Shown here one piece after another: positions 38,438 to 49,596 of a DNA stretch of 64,000 nucleotides. How positions within the stretch are numbered: position 1 is the first letter of the stretch; the number at the start of each line of letters is the position of its first letter. The position numbers were made by a program, and so were the translations under genes. Source of the stretch: Armatimonadota bacterium (GTDB lineage Bacteria; Armatimonadota; HRBIN16); the NCBI GenBank assembly GCA_963677485.1, contig OY781964.1:2816001-2880000 (forward strand). Direction: 5' to 3'. The notes under the pieces are model-generated. The model saw only the letters and a program-made list of their open reading frames with translations, had not been told where the DNA came from and did not search any database.

Positions 38438-39179
38438 GTGCGCCTGCAAGCGTACGCGAACAAAGAGGTGCAATTCCTCTTCGAGGCCACGCCAACTCTG
38501 GCCTTGTAGTCGGCAGTAACTGCGTCACCGCGAGGTGGGGTGGAGAGCAACTGTTGGCGAGTGACCAGTCCGTAGGATAACGAACCCGTTTCGGCCGCGT
38601 AGAACCAACGAGCCAGCGTAGGAATGGTGAAGTTTGTGCTGTGAAAACAGTGCCTGTTATGCTTGAGAGTGAGCGTATAGAGCAGTGATGGGGGTTGCGA
38701 GGTGCTTGGGGATGGAATGGTCACAAGAGGTCGCGTAAGAGAAGCAGGGAGATCTGCCTGCAGTAGTGGCGATAATAAGTTCGTTGCAGGCAGAAGTCAG
38801 AGCGCCCATAGTAGCGTTGAAGCGTCTGTAATGGATGTGGAGCCAAGGGAGCGCAGGAAGGTAGATCCGTGAAGTCTCAGCCACCGAATATAGCTCCGCG
38901 CGAGAAGTGCCTAAAAAAAGGCTAAACAAGCGGAAACAACTAGCAGGCGACTGCTCAGCCATCGGTGGACTGGACAAATCGGATGTTGGTGCCCCATCAT
39001 ATGGGGGCAAAGAAGGCTGTCGCCTTCAATGCTGAGTATAGGTGTTTACACTACAAACATCCTGTGCAAAGAATCACCAATCCTCAAATGAGGTAACACT
39101 ACCAACTGGAGAGCCGTGTGCGGGAGAACCGCACGCACGGTTCGGAGGGAGGGGGAACGAAAGTTCTCCCTACCCCTAT
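38438..39179 (+). mobile_element. ORF-less group II intron (probably bacterial class E-like)
   Basis: 5' GTGCG; domain V GAGCCGTGTGCGGGAGAACCGCACGCACGGTTC (39111-43, AGC triad); domain VI ending CCCTACCCCTAT; 742 nt with no RT ORF. Confidence 0.93.
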
Positions 39180-39239
39180 GACCAGTTACTTACAAGATCG
39201 GTCGGATCTGGCTGATCCGACCGATACACAGGTTGTGGC

Positions 39240-40229
39240 TTACTCTTGTTTTGGGGGACGAGTCATCAGTTCATATACAGCCTGATGGATGTTCATGCTG
39301 CCGTCCACCACATTGCGAACGACTTGGCATAACGGCATCTCGATGTCCAGTCTGGCGGCCAAATCACACACCGCATAACTGGTCGGGACACCCTCCGCAA
39401 CCTGGCGCAGTTCCTGAAGAGCTTGGTAGAGGTTCATCCCATCGGCCAGGAAATGACCGACGCGGTAGTTTCGGCTGAGCCGACTGCTGGCGGTGGCTAC
39501 CAAATCGCCCACTCCCGCCAGGCCGATGAAAGTGCGCTCCTGGGCTCCCAGCGCGATGCCCATACGGGTCATCTCAGCCAGGCCGCGGGTGATCAGCACC
39601 GCTTTGGTGTTATCACCGAAACCCAGACCGTCACTGATGCCGGCGGCGATGGCGAACACGTTCTTGATGGCACCGCTCAGCTCCACACCGATCACATCAG
39701 GATTAGTGTAGACCCGGAAGGTATCGTTCATCAGCATCTGCTGGGTCGCCTTCGCCGCCACCAGACTGCGGCTGGCTGCCACGGTGGCCGAAGGAGCTTC
39801 GCGGGCAAGCTCTAAAGCCAGGTTGGGGCCAGACAGCGCCACGATGGCACTGACGCTCTGACCTAACACCTCGGAGATCGCCTCCGAGGGGCGTTTACCC
39901 TCATCTGTCAGCCCTTTGGCGGCGCTGATGATGATGGGCTGATTTTTGAGGTGTGGCTTACAGTCATGCGCAACATCCGCGACGCCCACTACCGGCACCG
40001 CGAAGATAATCTGCTCGCAGTCGCTGACCGCTTCCGCGATGTCGGTCACCACATTGATGCACTCAGGGAATGCATAGCCGCCTAAGTAACGAGCGTTCTC
40101 ACGCTCCTTCTGAAGCGTGTCGGCATGTTCGGGGTTGCGGTCCCACAGGGTGACGGTCGTTCCCTTTTTTGCCAGATGTATGGCGAGGGCGGTGCCCCAT
40201 GAGCCCGCCCCCAAGATTCCGACATGCAT
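39240..40229 (-). CDS. gpsA: NAD(P)H-dependent glycerol-3-phosphate dehydrogenase
   Basis: GAGSWGTALA, LSGPNLA, GAIKNV, GDNTKA, GDLVAT, SRNY. Confidence 0.96.
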   Translation of the reverse strand: MHVGILGAGSWGTALAIHLAKKGTTVTLWDRNPEHADTLQKERENARYLGGYAFPECINVVTDIAEAVSDCEQIIFAVPVVGVADVAHDCKPHLKNQPIIISAAKGLTDEGKRPSEAISEVLGQSVSAIVALSGPNLALELAREAPSATVAASRSLVAAKATQQMLMNDTFRVYTNPDVIGVELSGAIKNVFAIAAGISDGLGFGDNTKAVLITRGLAEMTRMGIALGAQERTFIGLAGVGDLVATASSRLSRNYRVGHFLADGMNLYQALQELRQVAEGVPTSYAVCDLAARLDIEMPLCQVVRNVVDGSMNIHQAVYELMTRPPKQE

Positions 40230-40233
40230 CGAC

Positions 40234-41481
40234 TTACGCCCCGTATTTTTCTTGGACGTTCATCAGGCTGGTCAGCATATTTACCAGGTGTTTTCCGCTG
40301 AACCGGCACAGGCCGCCCTTCTGAGCTGGGCGTTCGCCGAACGTCTGAACATCGTCCGTGAGCACTTCTGGGCCGTAGAGCACGATCGGCACTGGCTCGC
40401 CGGTATGGTCGCCATAGCTGCAGGAGGTGGTGTGGTCGGCGGTGACGGCAAGATAGGTCTGGTCACCCATCTTCGCGATCAGCATGCCCACCATCTCATC
40501 GATCTTCTCAATGATCGCCACTTTGGCTACAGGGTTCCCATCGTGTGCGGCGACATCCGGCCCTTTGACGTTGCACAGCACGAAATCGTGTGTCTCCAGA
40601 GCCTTCAGCACCGTGTTGCCCATAGACATCACATCGCTGTCCAAGCCGCCGGTGGCACCAGGGGCGTCCAGAAGGTCTAGTCCCACGAAGTCTGCAATAC
40701 CCTTGATCAAGCCTGTTTCGGCCACGCAGGCACCATGCAGCAGGTTCTTCTCGTTGAAGCTGGGGATATTCGGAGCCTGTCCTGCGCCACGGGGAAGGAT
40801 GATGTTGGCAGGGTTGAGCCCTTGTTGCTTGCGCGCCACATTCACAGGATGCACATCCAGCTTCTCGTAGCTCAATTTGATGAAGGCGTTCAGAATGCGT
40901 GCGGTCTTTTCGCCAGCAGCATCACCTGCGGTGATGGCCTTGACTTCAAGCACTTTTTCGCCGGTGACATGAGGGTCGCTGTCGGTGACGAGTGCGTTCA
41001 GGCCTGGCCCACGCAGCACGAGTGCGCAGCGATGAGCGACGCTCTCTTTAAAGAGGATCTTCGCATCTTCGATCATCACGCCATTGACCTGGGCGGCTAG
41101 TTGGTCCGTACCCTCTTCGATGCGTCCGGCCCGTCGGTCGGTGATCATCATATCGGCTTCCACGGTGCTGAAGTTGCAGCGGAAGGCCACATCGCCGGGC
41201 TTCACGCTGAGCCCGATGCCAGCCGCCTCGAAAGGTCCGCGGCCTGTGTAGACCACATAAGGGTCAAATCCAAGAACAGCCAGGTGGCCGGTGTCGGAGC
41301 CGACGCGCACACCTGGTGCGATGAGGTCCATCAGGCCATTGATGCCCTTAGAGGCCATGGCGTCCAGGTTGGGGGTTTTGGCGGCTTCGAGGGGCGTCTT
41401 GCCTCCCAGCTCTGGGCAGGGGCGGTCACCCATACCATCGCCGATGAGGATGACGGCCTTGCGATTACTATTTGCAGACAT
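40234..41481 (-). CDS. apgM: 2,3-bisphosphoglycerate-independent phosphoglycerate mutase (ApgM type)
   Basis: DGMGD, TPLEAAKTPNLD, GSDTGHL, YTGRGPFEAAG, DVAAHDG, TADH, HTGEPVP. Confidence 0.92.
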   Translation of the reverse strand: MSANSNRKAVILIGDGMGDRPCPELGGKTPLEAAKTPNLDAMASKGINGLMDLIAPGVRVGSDTGHLAVLGFDPYVVYTGRGPFEAAGIGLSVKPGDVAFRCNFSTVEADMMITDRRAGRIEEGTDQLAAQVNGVMIEDAKILFKESVAHRCALVLRGPGLNALVTDSDPHVTGEKVLEVKAITAGDAAGEKTARILNAFIKLSYEKLDVHPVNVARKQQGLNPANIILPRGAGQAPNIPSFNEKNLLHGACVAETGLIKGIADFVGLDLLDAPGATGGLDSDVMSMGNTVLKALETHDFVLCNVKGPDVAAHDGNPVAKVAIIEKIDEMVGMLIAKMGDQTYLAVTADHTTSCSYGDHTGEPVPIVLYGPEVLTDDVQTFGERPAQKGGLCRFSGKHLVNMLTSLMNVQEKYGA

Positions 41482-41667
41482 TTTGTGCTCCTTAAGGTGT
41501 TGCGGCGTACCGCGCGTGAAATTGCTTCAATAACATATTACCTTATGGGGAGGGGCTGGGAACCGCAGTCGGTGCTCTATTGAGATGTGCTGGCCCTCTG
41601 ACAATCCCGCAAGCGAAGGTAAAATGTATTGTGCCCGCAATACGAGGGAGCACAGTAAGGAAGCTTT

Positions 41668-42315
41668 ATGGCAAAAATCGTGCTAGTATATAGCGGCGGG
41701 ATGGATAGCACGGTGTTGCTGCATGAATACCGCGATGAGATCGCACTTGCGTTGTCGTTCGATTATGGCGCGAAACACAACGCGCAGGAAAGCCGCATGG
41801 CAGAGTCGAACTGCAACCGACTGGGCATACCTCGGCGGGTCATATCGTTGGACTTCATGAAGCTGTTCCACAGCTCGCTGACCACCGATTCGCTGGCGGT
41901 TCCCGAGGGGCATTACACCGACGAGTCGATGCGCAACACTGTGGTGCCCTTCCGTAACGGCATCATGCTGGCAATCGCCGCAGGGATAGCTGAGGATATG
42001 AACTGCTCCGCGGTTGGAATCGCCAACCACGCCGGAGACCACGCCATCTACCCGGACTGCACCACCGCCTTCATCAACAGCATGGCCCAGGCGATCCATC
42101 ACGGCACCTACGTCGAGATCGAGCTGCTGGCACCTTATACCGAGCTTACCAAACGGCAGATTGCATTGGTTGGACAGAAGCTTGGGGTGGACTTCAGCCA
42201 GACCTGGAGCTGCTATAAGGGCGGTGAGAGGCACTGCGGCAGATGCGGTACCTGCGTGGAGCGGCGCGAAGCACTTGACGGTTTTGATCCAACACAATAT
42301 GAGGAGACGGAATAA
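41668..42315 (+). CDS. queC: 7-cyano-7-deazaguanine synthase
   Basis: SGGMDS, VPFRN, YPDC, WSCY...[11 protein letters not shown]. Confidence 0.96.
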   Translation: MAKIVLVYSGGMDSTVLLHEYRDEIALALSFDYGAKHNAQESRMAESNCNRLGIPRRVISLDFMKLFHSSLTTDSLAVPEGHYTDESMRNTVVPFRNGIMLAIAAGIAEDMNCSAVGIANHAGDHAIYPDCTTAFINSMAQAIHHGTYVEIELLAPYTELTKRQIALVGQKLGVDFSQTWSCYKGGERHCGRCGTCVERREALDGFDPTQYEETE

Positions 42316-42316
42316 A

Positions 42317-42712
42317 ATGCCATACGCAGAGGGACGCATTTACGATTTGAAGACCGAGGATGCCATCGATACGGAAGCACTGGAGGTGGTCGACTTCGAT
42401 ATGCCTCAGCAGTTGATCGAGATCGAGACGAAAGAGTTTTCGGCGGTCTGCCCCTTCTCCGGCCTGCCCGACATGGCGACGGTGCAGATTAAATACAAAC
42501 CCACTGGCGGCAAAATCATCGAACTGAAGAGCTTGAAATACTACTTCATCTCCTATCGCGATGTGGGCATCTACCAGGAGGGTGCCACCAAGCGGATATT
42601 TGAAGATATGAAGCGGGTATTGCTCACCGATGAGCTGCAGGTGGTGACCAAATACAACATCCGCGGCGGCATGGATGTGCGGTGTACTGCTGGGCACGTG
42701 AGCGAGCCGTAG
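42317..42712 (+). CDS. queF: preQ1 synthase (NADPH-dependent preQ0 reductase, short type)
   Basis: [27 protein letters not shown]. Real start is ATG 42317, right after the queC stop. Confidence 0.93.
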   Translation: MPYAEGRIYDLKTEDAIDTEALEVVDFDMPQQLIEIETKEFSAVCPFSGLPDMATVQIKYKPTGGKIIELKSLKYYFISYRDVGIYQEGATKRIFEDMKRVLLTDELQVVTKYNIRGGMDVRCTAGHVSEP

Positions 42713-42722
42713 GATTATAAGC

Positions 42723-43013
42723 CAGCCAACTACCGGTAATTATAGTTTGGGGTCGTACTCATCTGGTGCCGCGACATAAATGTCTCGGCTATTGGTCAGC
42801 AAGCCCGTTGAAACGGGCTGCGGAACTCCGTACCGATATTAATAACGACATTATAGACTGCTTCAGCAGTGTTGTACGTAGCCGGCCGTAGGGGCGTCCC
42901 TTGTGGGCGCCCTAAAAACCATCGAATGAACAACGATTAGGGCTGGTCGTAGGGGCGTCCCGACAGTATCAGTGATATATTGGCTCTGCATAAATATATG
43001 GGTAATTCACTGG
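42723..43013. mobile_element. Degenerate MITE copy containing GTAG REPs
   Basis: CCGCGACATAAATGTCTCGGCTATTG core, AAGCCCGTTGAAACGGGCT palindrome, eroded end GGGTAATTCACTG; REPs at 42888-42912 and 42949-42961. Confidence 0.7.
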
Positions 43014-43053
43014 GTATTTAATTACGGATCCGTCCAATTCTTATAAACTAACC

Positions 43054-44244
43054 CTACCGCCCTGCCTTCCCAAAACACTCTAAAGCAGCCTGGTGGAATG
43101 GTATGGTTAATGGTGAACTATCGGTCATGTTCCCAACCTGAACCATGAACACGTATATCAACTCGTTCTCCGGGTCGATATACATATCGGTGCGGAAAGC
43201 TCCGCTGTGAGCGTATGGCTTTCTGCTTAGCGGATCACCGCTGACGAAGTATTGCCCCGTGTTCCAGCCAAGCCCGTAGCCGGTTTCTGCCACACCATCG
43301 TTCAAAAGATGGCCGGTCGTGGTGGTGGTTGCCTGCCCTACTGCCTGCTCCGACAGTACGCGCACGCCCTTGTACACACCACCGTTTTACAGCATCTGAC
43401 AGTATTTCGCGATATCTTTCGCATCCGACAATAGCCCGCCTGCTGCAAAAGGTATCCGGTTTCGGTCAGTGAGCGGGAATGTGACAGGAAATGGCGTTTC
43501 CTCTAACTCGGTGCCCGCCTGGTTTGGGGTGTAGAGTTTGGCAAGTCGGCTTACCTGTGCTGCGGTCGGAATGAAGCGGGTTTGACTCATACCCAGCGGT
43601 TTCAGCAGGCGCTTTGTCAGGAACTCGCCGTTACTCATACCTGTCACCACTTCGATGATACGGCCAGCCGTTTCGTAGCCGCAGTTGCCGTAGGAGAACT
43701 GGCTTCCAGGTTCAAACTGCAGTGGGGTCATGGCTGCAGCCAGTACTCGCTGGTATTGCGAGGGGGTATCTACAAGCGGTGTGTATGGGTAGTTAGTCAA
43801 CAGGCCGCTAGTATGGTTGAGTGCCTGCAAAATAGTGATGGGTGCCTTCGGCTTTCGCAGCAGTTTATGCTCGTCGTCACCTTCCACCAGCACCATCTGC
43901 CCCTTGAACTCCAGAAGGTACTTCTCTACAGGGTCATCAAGCTTTAGCTTGCCTTCATCAACGAGCATCATGATGGCTGTGCCAGTCATCGCTTTGGTCA
44001 TGCTGGCAATAACGAACATCGTGTCTGCTTTCATTGGACGCTTGGTCTCAAGGTCTGCATACCCGACGGATTCAATGGCCAGAACCTTCTGCTTGTTGGC
44101 CACGAGCATCACCGCACCGGCAATCTGATGTTTGTCAATCGCGGGCTGAATGGATCTGGCCAGCATACCCGGCTGGTACGGTGATGCGATGCTTGCGGCG
44201 TTACATCCAAATAGCAGGATCGCTAAGATCAGGGCGATAAGCAC
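43054..44244 (-). pseudogene. Serine hydrolase (class C beta-lactamase-like) interrupted by one in-frame TAA
   Basis: SMTK, YGN and HSG motifs; ORFs 43387..44244 and 43054..43377 are in the same frame (CAG ATG CTG TAA AAC GGT GGT GTG). Confidence 0.8.
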
Positions 44245-44292
44245 AGCAGAGTTCTCCTTGGTTCAATTCGGGTATCTATTAAGATCCGATGA

Positions 44293-47157
44293 TCAGATTG
44301 ATGTTCCGCTGTGCTGAGACCGTCCCAGCAGCCTCTTCAGATACCGGCCCGTGTGGCTGGCCTCGCAGGCGGCGACCTGCTCAGGCGTGCCCTCTACCAC
44401 CACGGAACCGCCATCGCGGCCGCCCTCAGGGCCCATGTCGATTATCCAGTCTGCGCACTTGATGACGTCCAGATTGTGCTCAATAATGAGCACACTGTTA
44501 CCGGTATCGACCAGCCGCTGCAGAACGCCCAGCAGCTTCTCGATGTCCGCGAAGTGAAGGCCGGTGGTGGGCTCATCCAAAATGTAGATGGTGCGCCCGG
44601 TGGCGCGCCGGCTGAGCTCGGTCGAGAGCTTCACGCGCTGCGCCTCTCCGCCAGAGAGCTGCGTGGCGGGCTGTCCCAGCCGGACGTAATCCAGACCAAC
44701 ATCGTGGATTGTCTGCAGCCTGCGATATATCCTGGGCACCGCTTTGAAAAACTCCAAAGCCTCCGACACCGTCATCTCCAGCACCTGGGCGATGGATTTA
44801 CCCTTGAACTTCACTTCCAGTGTCTCACGGTTATAACGCTGGCCTTTGCATACCTCGCAGGGCACATACACATCGGGCATGAACTGCATCTCGATTTTGA
44901 TGATGCCGTCACCCTTGCACGCCTCACACCGGCCGCCCTTCACATTGAAGCTGAATCGCCCGGATGTGTAACCGCGCATCTTGGCATCCTGCGTCTCGGA
45001 AAAGAGGGTTCGGATGTGGTCAAACACACCGGTGTAGGTGGCCGGGTTCGAGCGTGGCGTTCGTCCGATGGGGGACTGGTCGATATCCACCACCTTGTCC
45101 AGATACTCCATGCCCTCCACGCCGTCATGCAGCCCCCAGCGGGGATGGGCGTTGTGGATGTGGTGCTGCAGCCTTGGGTATAGGGTTTCCTGCACCAGGG
45201 TGGACTTGCCGGAGCCGGACACGCCGGTCACGCAGGTTAGCACACCCAGCGGGAAGTTGACCGTGATGTTCTTTAGATTATTCTGCCGGGCTCCCTTGAT
45301 GGTGACCATCCGGCCATCGCATTGCCGGCGCTCTGACGGCACCGCGATGCGGCGCGTTCCGCTGAGAAACTGGCCGGTGATGCTCAGCGGATCGTCCACA
45401 ATATGCTGAGGGATGCCTTCGGAGACTATCATGCCGCCGTGCTCCCCGGCACCAGGGCCGACGTCAATCAGCCAGTCGGCGGCCATCATCGTCTCTTCAT
45501 CATGCTCCACTACGATAATCGTGTTGCCGATGTCGCGAAGGTGGGTGAGTGTTTTGATGAGCTGCCCATTATCGCGCTGATGCAGTCCGATGCTGGGTTC
45601 GTCAAGGATATACAGCACGCCCATCAGTCCCGAGCCAATCTGCGAAGCCAGTCGGATGCGCTGCGCCTCACCGCCGGCGAGTGTGCCGGCAGAGCGGTCC
45701 AGCGTGAGGTAGCTCAAGCCCACATTCTTCAGGAAGCTCAGCCGGTTGTGTATCTCTTTGATCAACTGCCGGGCGATAGTGTTCTGGCGATCGGTCAGTT
45801 TAGGCGTGAGTTGAGAGAAGAAGTCGACGGCTTCCTCGACGCTCATGCACACGATCTCGCTGATGTTGTGCTCATCAATGTGGACCGCCAGGAACTCGTC
45901 CTTCAGCCTCTTGCCCTGGCACTTCACGCAAGGCTTTGCCGAGAGATAGCGGTTGAGTGCCTCTTTGATGCGGTCACTGTCGGTTTCGTCCAGGTGACGC
46001 TGCAGGATGGTGCAGACACCTTCCCAATGGGTATCGAAATAGTGAGTGCGCCCCCAGCGGTTCTTCACGCTGACCGAGACGTGGTCGGGCATACCCCTCA
46101 TGATGATGGCCTGGTGCTCGGGCGATAGCTCCTCGTATGGGGTTTTGATGGAAAAGCCGTGCTGCTTTGCCACGGTGCTCAATACGCGTTCGTAGTTGCC
46201 TTGAAGTTCGCCTTTGGCATTGGTCAGTGCTTCGATGGCACCATTGGCGATGCTCAGCTTGGGATTCGGTACGATCAGGTCGGGGTCAAACTCGAAGTGA
46301 AAGCCCAGTCCCGCGCAATCGGGACAGGCACCGAAGGGGCTGTTAAACGAAAAACTGCGGGGTTCGATTTCCGGCAGGCTGATGCCGCAGTCCGCGCAGG
46401 CGAATTTGTCGCTGAAGATGCGTTCGCCCTGCTCCATCAGATCGGCGATGACGCTGCCCTGCGCGATGCGCATGGCCGTCTCCACCGAGTCGGACAGCCG
46501 GCGCTCAATGCCCTCCTTGACCACCAAACGGTCCAGCACCAGGTCGATATTGTGCGCTTTATACCTGTCGAGTGCGGGGATATCATCGGTGGTGAGGTCT
46601 ACCAGCTCACCATCGATCCGCAGGCGGGTGTAGCCGTTGCGTCGGGCTTCCTCAATCTCCTTGCGGTATTCGCCCTTGCGTCCTTTGATCAGGGGGGCGA
46701 GTATCTGCATACGGGTGCCGACGGGCAGCGCGCTGAGGGTATCCGTGATCTGCTCCACCGTTTGTGCGGCGATCACCTTACCGCACTGGGGGCAGTGCGG
46801 GGTGCCGATGCGGGCATACAGAAGCCGCAGGTAGTCGTATATCTCGGTGACCGTGGCCACCGTGGAGCGCGGGTTACGGTTGGTGGACTTCTGGTCGATA
46901 CTCACCGCAGGGGAGAGGCCAATGATATCATCCACGTCCGGCTTATCCATCTGCCCCAGGAACATGCGGGCGTAAGAGCTGAGGCTTTCCATGTAGCGGC
47001 GCTGACCCTCCGCGTAGATGGTGTCAAACGCCAGGCTGGACTTGCCGGAGCCGGAGAGTCCTGTGATGACCACCAGCTTATCGCGCGGTATCTTAACGTC
47101 GATATTTTTCAGGTTATGTTGGCGTGCTCCACGCACCTCGATGAATTCTTGCGGCAT
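44293..47157 (-). CDS. uvrA: Excinuclease ABC subunit A
   Basis: GARQHNLKN, two Walker A motifs ([16 protein letters not shown]), Zn fingers, LSGGEAQR; 954 aa. Confidence 0.98.
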   Translation of the reverse strand: MPQEFIEVRGARQHNLKNIDVKIPRDKLVVITGLSGSGKSSLAFDTIYAEGQRRYMESLSSYARMFLGQMDKPDVDDIIGLSPAVSIDQKSTNRNPRSTVATVTEIYDYLRLLYARIGTPHCPQCGKVIAAQTVEQITDTLSALPVGTRMQILAPLIKGRKGEYRKEIEEARRNGYTRLRIDGELVDLTTDDIPALDRYKAHNIDLVLDRLVVKEGIERRLSDSVETAMRIAQGSVIADLMEQGERIFSDKFACADCGISLPEIEPRSFSFNSPFGACPDCAGLGFHFEFDPDLIVPNPKLSIANGAIEALTNAKGELQGNYERVLSTVAKQHGFSIKTPYEELSPEHQAIIMRGMPDHVSVSVKNRWGRTHYFDTHWEGVCTILQRHLDETDSDRIKEALNRYLSAKPCVKCQGKRLKDEFLAVHIDEHNISEIVCMSVEEAVDFFSQLTPKLTDRQNTIARQLIKEIHNRLSFLKNVGLSYLTLDRSAGTLAGGEAQRIRLASQIGSGLMGVLYILDEPSIGLHQRDNGQLIKTLTHLRDIGNTIIVVEHDEETMMAADWLIDVGPGAGEHGGMIVSEGIPQHIVDDPLSITGQFLSGTRRIAVPSERRQCDGRMVTIKGARQNNLKNITVNFPLGVLTCVTGVSGSGKSTLVQETLYPRLQHHIHNAHPRWGLHDGVEGMEYLDKVVDIDQSPIGRTPRSNPATYTGVFDHIRTLFSETQDAKMRGYTSGRFSFNVKGGRCEACKGDGIIKIEMQFMPDVYVPCEVCKGQRYNRETLEVKFKGKSIAQVLEMTVSEALEFFKAVPRIYRRLQTIHDVGLDYVRLGQPATQLSGGEAQRVKLSTELSRRATGRTIYILDEPTTGLHFADIEKLLGVLQRLVDTGNSVLIIEHNLDVIKCADWIIDMGPEGGRDGGSVVVEGTPEQVAACEASHTGRYLKRLLGRSQHSGTSI

Positions 47158-47235
47158 AGTTCACCATTTATATGTGTATTTATGTCTATATTCTAAGCCA
47201 TTCGGGGGCGGGAAGCAAGGGAGGGCGGTGAATGT

Positions 47236-47786
47236 CTCACGCGAAGACGCGAAGGCGCGAAGGGTGGTACGGTATGCGGGTCAGCTTGGCCATGTCCTAC
47301 TCGTCCACCTCATCCTACCCGTCCTGTGGGGTTCATTTTAACCGCGAATGAACGCGAATGAACGCGAATGGGAACTGGAGCGTTGCGCATAGACGCGAAG
47401 GGGACGGAGAATCGCGATTGCCTATGTCCGGGGCGGTCTTTCAGAGGGATTGCGGCTGCAGATGGCAATAGACCGCGCCGGTCTTGATTCAGGGCGACAA
47501 TCTGTTGTCCCAGAAGGCTCCCAACGCAACGGCGCAAGGGACGGCGAACCGTAGGGGCAGGCCCCCGTGCCTGCCCTGTTTCGGCAGGTGGCAAACCGTA
47601 GGGGCATGGCGTGCCGTGCCCAAACGTCGCCGTGCCCAAACCCCACCATGTGCACACGAAAATGCGGGAACGCCATGGGGGCACGGCACGCCATGCCCCT
47701 ACGTGCGCGTCGTCGTCACCCCGCCCCAGGGCGCGGAAACCGCGCCCCTACACGTCGATTCCAGGCGGTCGGGAAACCCGCCCCCT
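47236..47786. repeat. Large mixed repeat array with five GTAG REPs, ending at the IS110 insertion site
   Basis: Short-period modules 47236-47370; CCGGGGCGGTCT...AGACCGCGCCGG 47428-81; REPs at 47551-76, 47598-621, 47679-702, 47729-51 and 47764-86. Confidence 0.88.
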
Positions 47787-47799
47787 AGTACGCTATATA

Positions 47800-47999
47800 T
47801 GGTGAGCTCCCCGGACACCAAAAGCAGTCGGGGAGCTAATCTCACCCCTTAGCTGGGGGTGAAGGAGAAGGATTGGATGCCGGAACCGCCCCTGGTGGAA
47901 AACACCGTGACGTAGATAGGCATCCTTCTCCCAATCAACCCATATCGAACAGTATCTTGGGAGAAAACCCCGTGTTCGCTAGGCTGATTTGGTTGATTG
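47800..47999 (+). ncRNA. IS110 bridge RNA
   Basis: 5' hairpin(s), then a target loop closed by GGATGCC/GGCATCC with ACCGCCCCT and ACGTAG, then a donor loop closed by CAATCAACC/GGTTGATTG with ACAGTATCT and GCTAG. Ends approximate. Confidence 0.85.
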
Positions 48000-48032
48000 C
48001 ACCATCAATCACTACCAACTGGAGATTACCAC

Positions 48033-49325
48033 ATGCACGAAGTTGAAGACAAAATCTACATCCATTATGTCGGGATCGACATCTCGAAATTGACGTTTGA
48101 CGCGTCTGTATTAGGTTCATCGCACAAGCCGATAGACCATAAGGAGTTCAAGAACAACAAGGCCGGATACAAGGAGTTGTTGTCATGGGTGAAGAAGCTT
48201 ACCCGAACTCCCGCCTTGTATGCGGCTGAAGCCACCGGGCCTTACAGCCGACCGCTGCTTGATTACCTCTACGAGCACCAGCACGATGCTGTCCAACTGG
48301 AGCCAAAACGGGTTCTCTATCACCGCAAAGCCAAAGGCTGGGAACAAAAGACGGACTGCTCTGACAGCGTGCTAATCGCTGACTATGTGAAAAGTCACAA
48401 TGTCTCACTCTATGTCCCTCGTCTAGCATGCTATGATGCGCTTATTGGTTACACCAATGACCGCCGTATGCTGGTGCAACACAGACAGGCGATCGCCCAG
48501 CGCCAAAGCTGTCGGCTTACGCGGAGCACAGTGCTGGACGAGATGATCGCTTTTCATGACATGGGCATCAAAAAGCTTGATGTTCAGATCAAAGAGCTTG
48601 TGATGAGTTCACCGCAGATGACCGAAGATATGGCTCTGCTGAAGAGCATTCCGGGTATCGGCGACGTCACAGCAAGCTATTTCCTTGCGAAAATCGGTGA
48701 TGCTAAACGATTTGAAACATCGAAAGCGGTCGCGCGCTATTTCGGAATGAACCCCTGCCCGCAACGGTCAGGAAGCTGCAAGACATACGACGGCTCCATA
48801 TCCAAGATGGGTGACCGATATATGCGGACATTACTCTACTGTGGATCGAGCACTGTGGTGAAGATGGTCAACGGTAAGTCGAAAAAGCTTGGCCAGAGCA
48901 TGCACGACTTCGTGAAGGAACTGCAGCATCCGAATTTGGTAAAGAATCCCAATAAGAAACCGAAGTCCAAGCGAGTTGTCCGGTGCGCAATCATGCGCAA
49001 GCAGCTGGTGCTCATGTGGTCGGTATTAATCAGCCGTCAGCCATATGATCCAAACTTCGGCATCGAACAAGCTTCAAATGCGGCCAACCAGCAACCGCTG
49101 ACCGACGCGAACGGACATGTCCAGGATCGTGCCGGAGCGGCCCATGATATAGCCGGTGTAGGCAATGATCCTGGGCTGGACGTGAGCGTTCCAAGACGGG
49201 GATGCGTGGATGGAAATCCCACCAATGAGCCCACTCCTGCCGGCGGTGGTCGGCCCGCATCCCGAAACCGGCCATCGCGCAGTCGGGTGGGCAACAAACC
49301 GAGGGTTCTGACACCAGTATCCTAG
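48033..49325 (+). CDS. IS110 family DEDD recombinase/transposase with C-terminal extension
   Basis: GIDISK, EATG, KTDCSDS (DEDD), SIPGIG, QRSG (catalytic Ser), ISKMG; GGAGA RBS before ATG 48033. Confidence 0.95.
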   Translation: MHEVEDKIYIHYVGIDISKLTFDASVLGSSHKPIDHKEFKNNKAGYKELLSWVKKLTRTPALYAAEATGPYSRPLLDYLYEHQHDAVQLEPKRVLYHRKAKGWEQKTDCSDSVLIADYVKSHNVSLYVPRLACYDALIGYTNDRRMLVQHRQAIAQRQSCRLTRSTVLDEMIAFHDMGIKKLDVQIKELVMSSPQMTEDMALLKSIPGIGDVTASYFLAKIGDAKRFETSKAVARYFGMNPCPQRSGSCKTYDGSISKMGDRYMRTLLYCGSSTVVKMVNGKSKKLGQSMHDFVKELQHPNLVKNPNKKPKSKRVVRCAIMRKQLVLMWSVLISRQPYDPNFGIEQASNAANQQPLTDANGHVQDRAGAAHDIAGVGNDPGLDVSVPRRGCVDGNPTNEPTPAGGGRPASRNRPSRSRVGNKPRVLTPVS

Positions 49326-49596
49326 CTGCGGCAGTCTGCCGATAGCACGCATCGAAGCATAACGATATCTTTCGAAGCCACGAAGATGTCGCACGTCCGT
49401 TCGCGACTCCGAGCGTCATGTGAGGTGCTACGGACCAACTGATGCCATCTGAGCCTGTTTCTGTCGCGGATCCAGGTTTGGTCTATATGCCACAAACATC
49501 ACATTAACGTTATTCTACGTGGTCTAGAGCCAGTGTCTGATATTCAGGTCCAAATCCCCAGATTTGCCCCTGGGGACTTGACAAAAGCCACAGTAT

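Noticed and set aside
38657-39010. 117-aa minus-strand ORF and other short ORFs in repeat regions
   Set aside because: Antisense to the intron RNA, or translations of repeat modules.
10333-41481. Archaeal-type proS and apgM as evidence of unusual transfer
   Set aside because: Both forms are widespread in many bacterial phyla.
41580-41667. preQ1 riboswitch upstream of queC
   Set aside because: Only a small hairpin; I cannot find the preQ1-I stem, loop and A-rich tail pattern.
42014-42316. N-terminally extended 232-aa QueF
   Set aside because: The extension overlaps queC out of frame; the ATG at 42317 gives a normal 131-aa QueF.
21219-42970. IS110 right-end remnants (AGCCACAGTAT at 21219, ACAGTATC at 42963)
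   Set aside because: Both lack the full CT core and lie inside MITE sequence; likely chance matches.
35211-47706. Additional group II intron 5' ends at CCCCTAC-GTGCG (35217 and 47703)
   Set aside because: No domain I similarity beyond 5-6 nt and no domain V downstream; treated as REP flanks.
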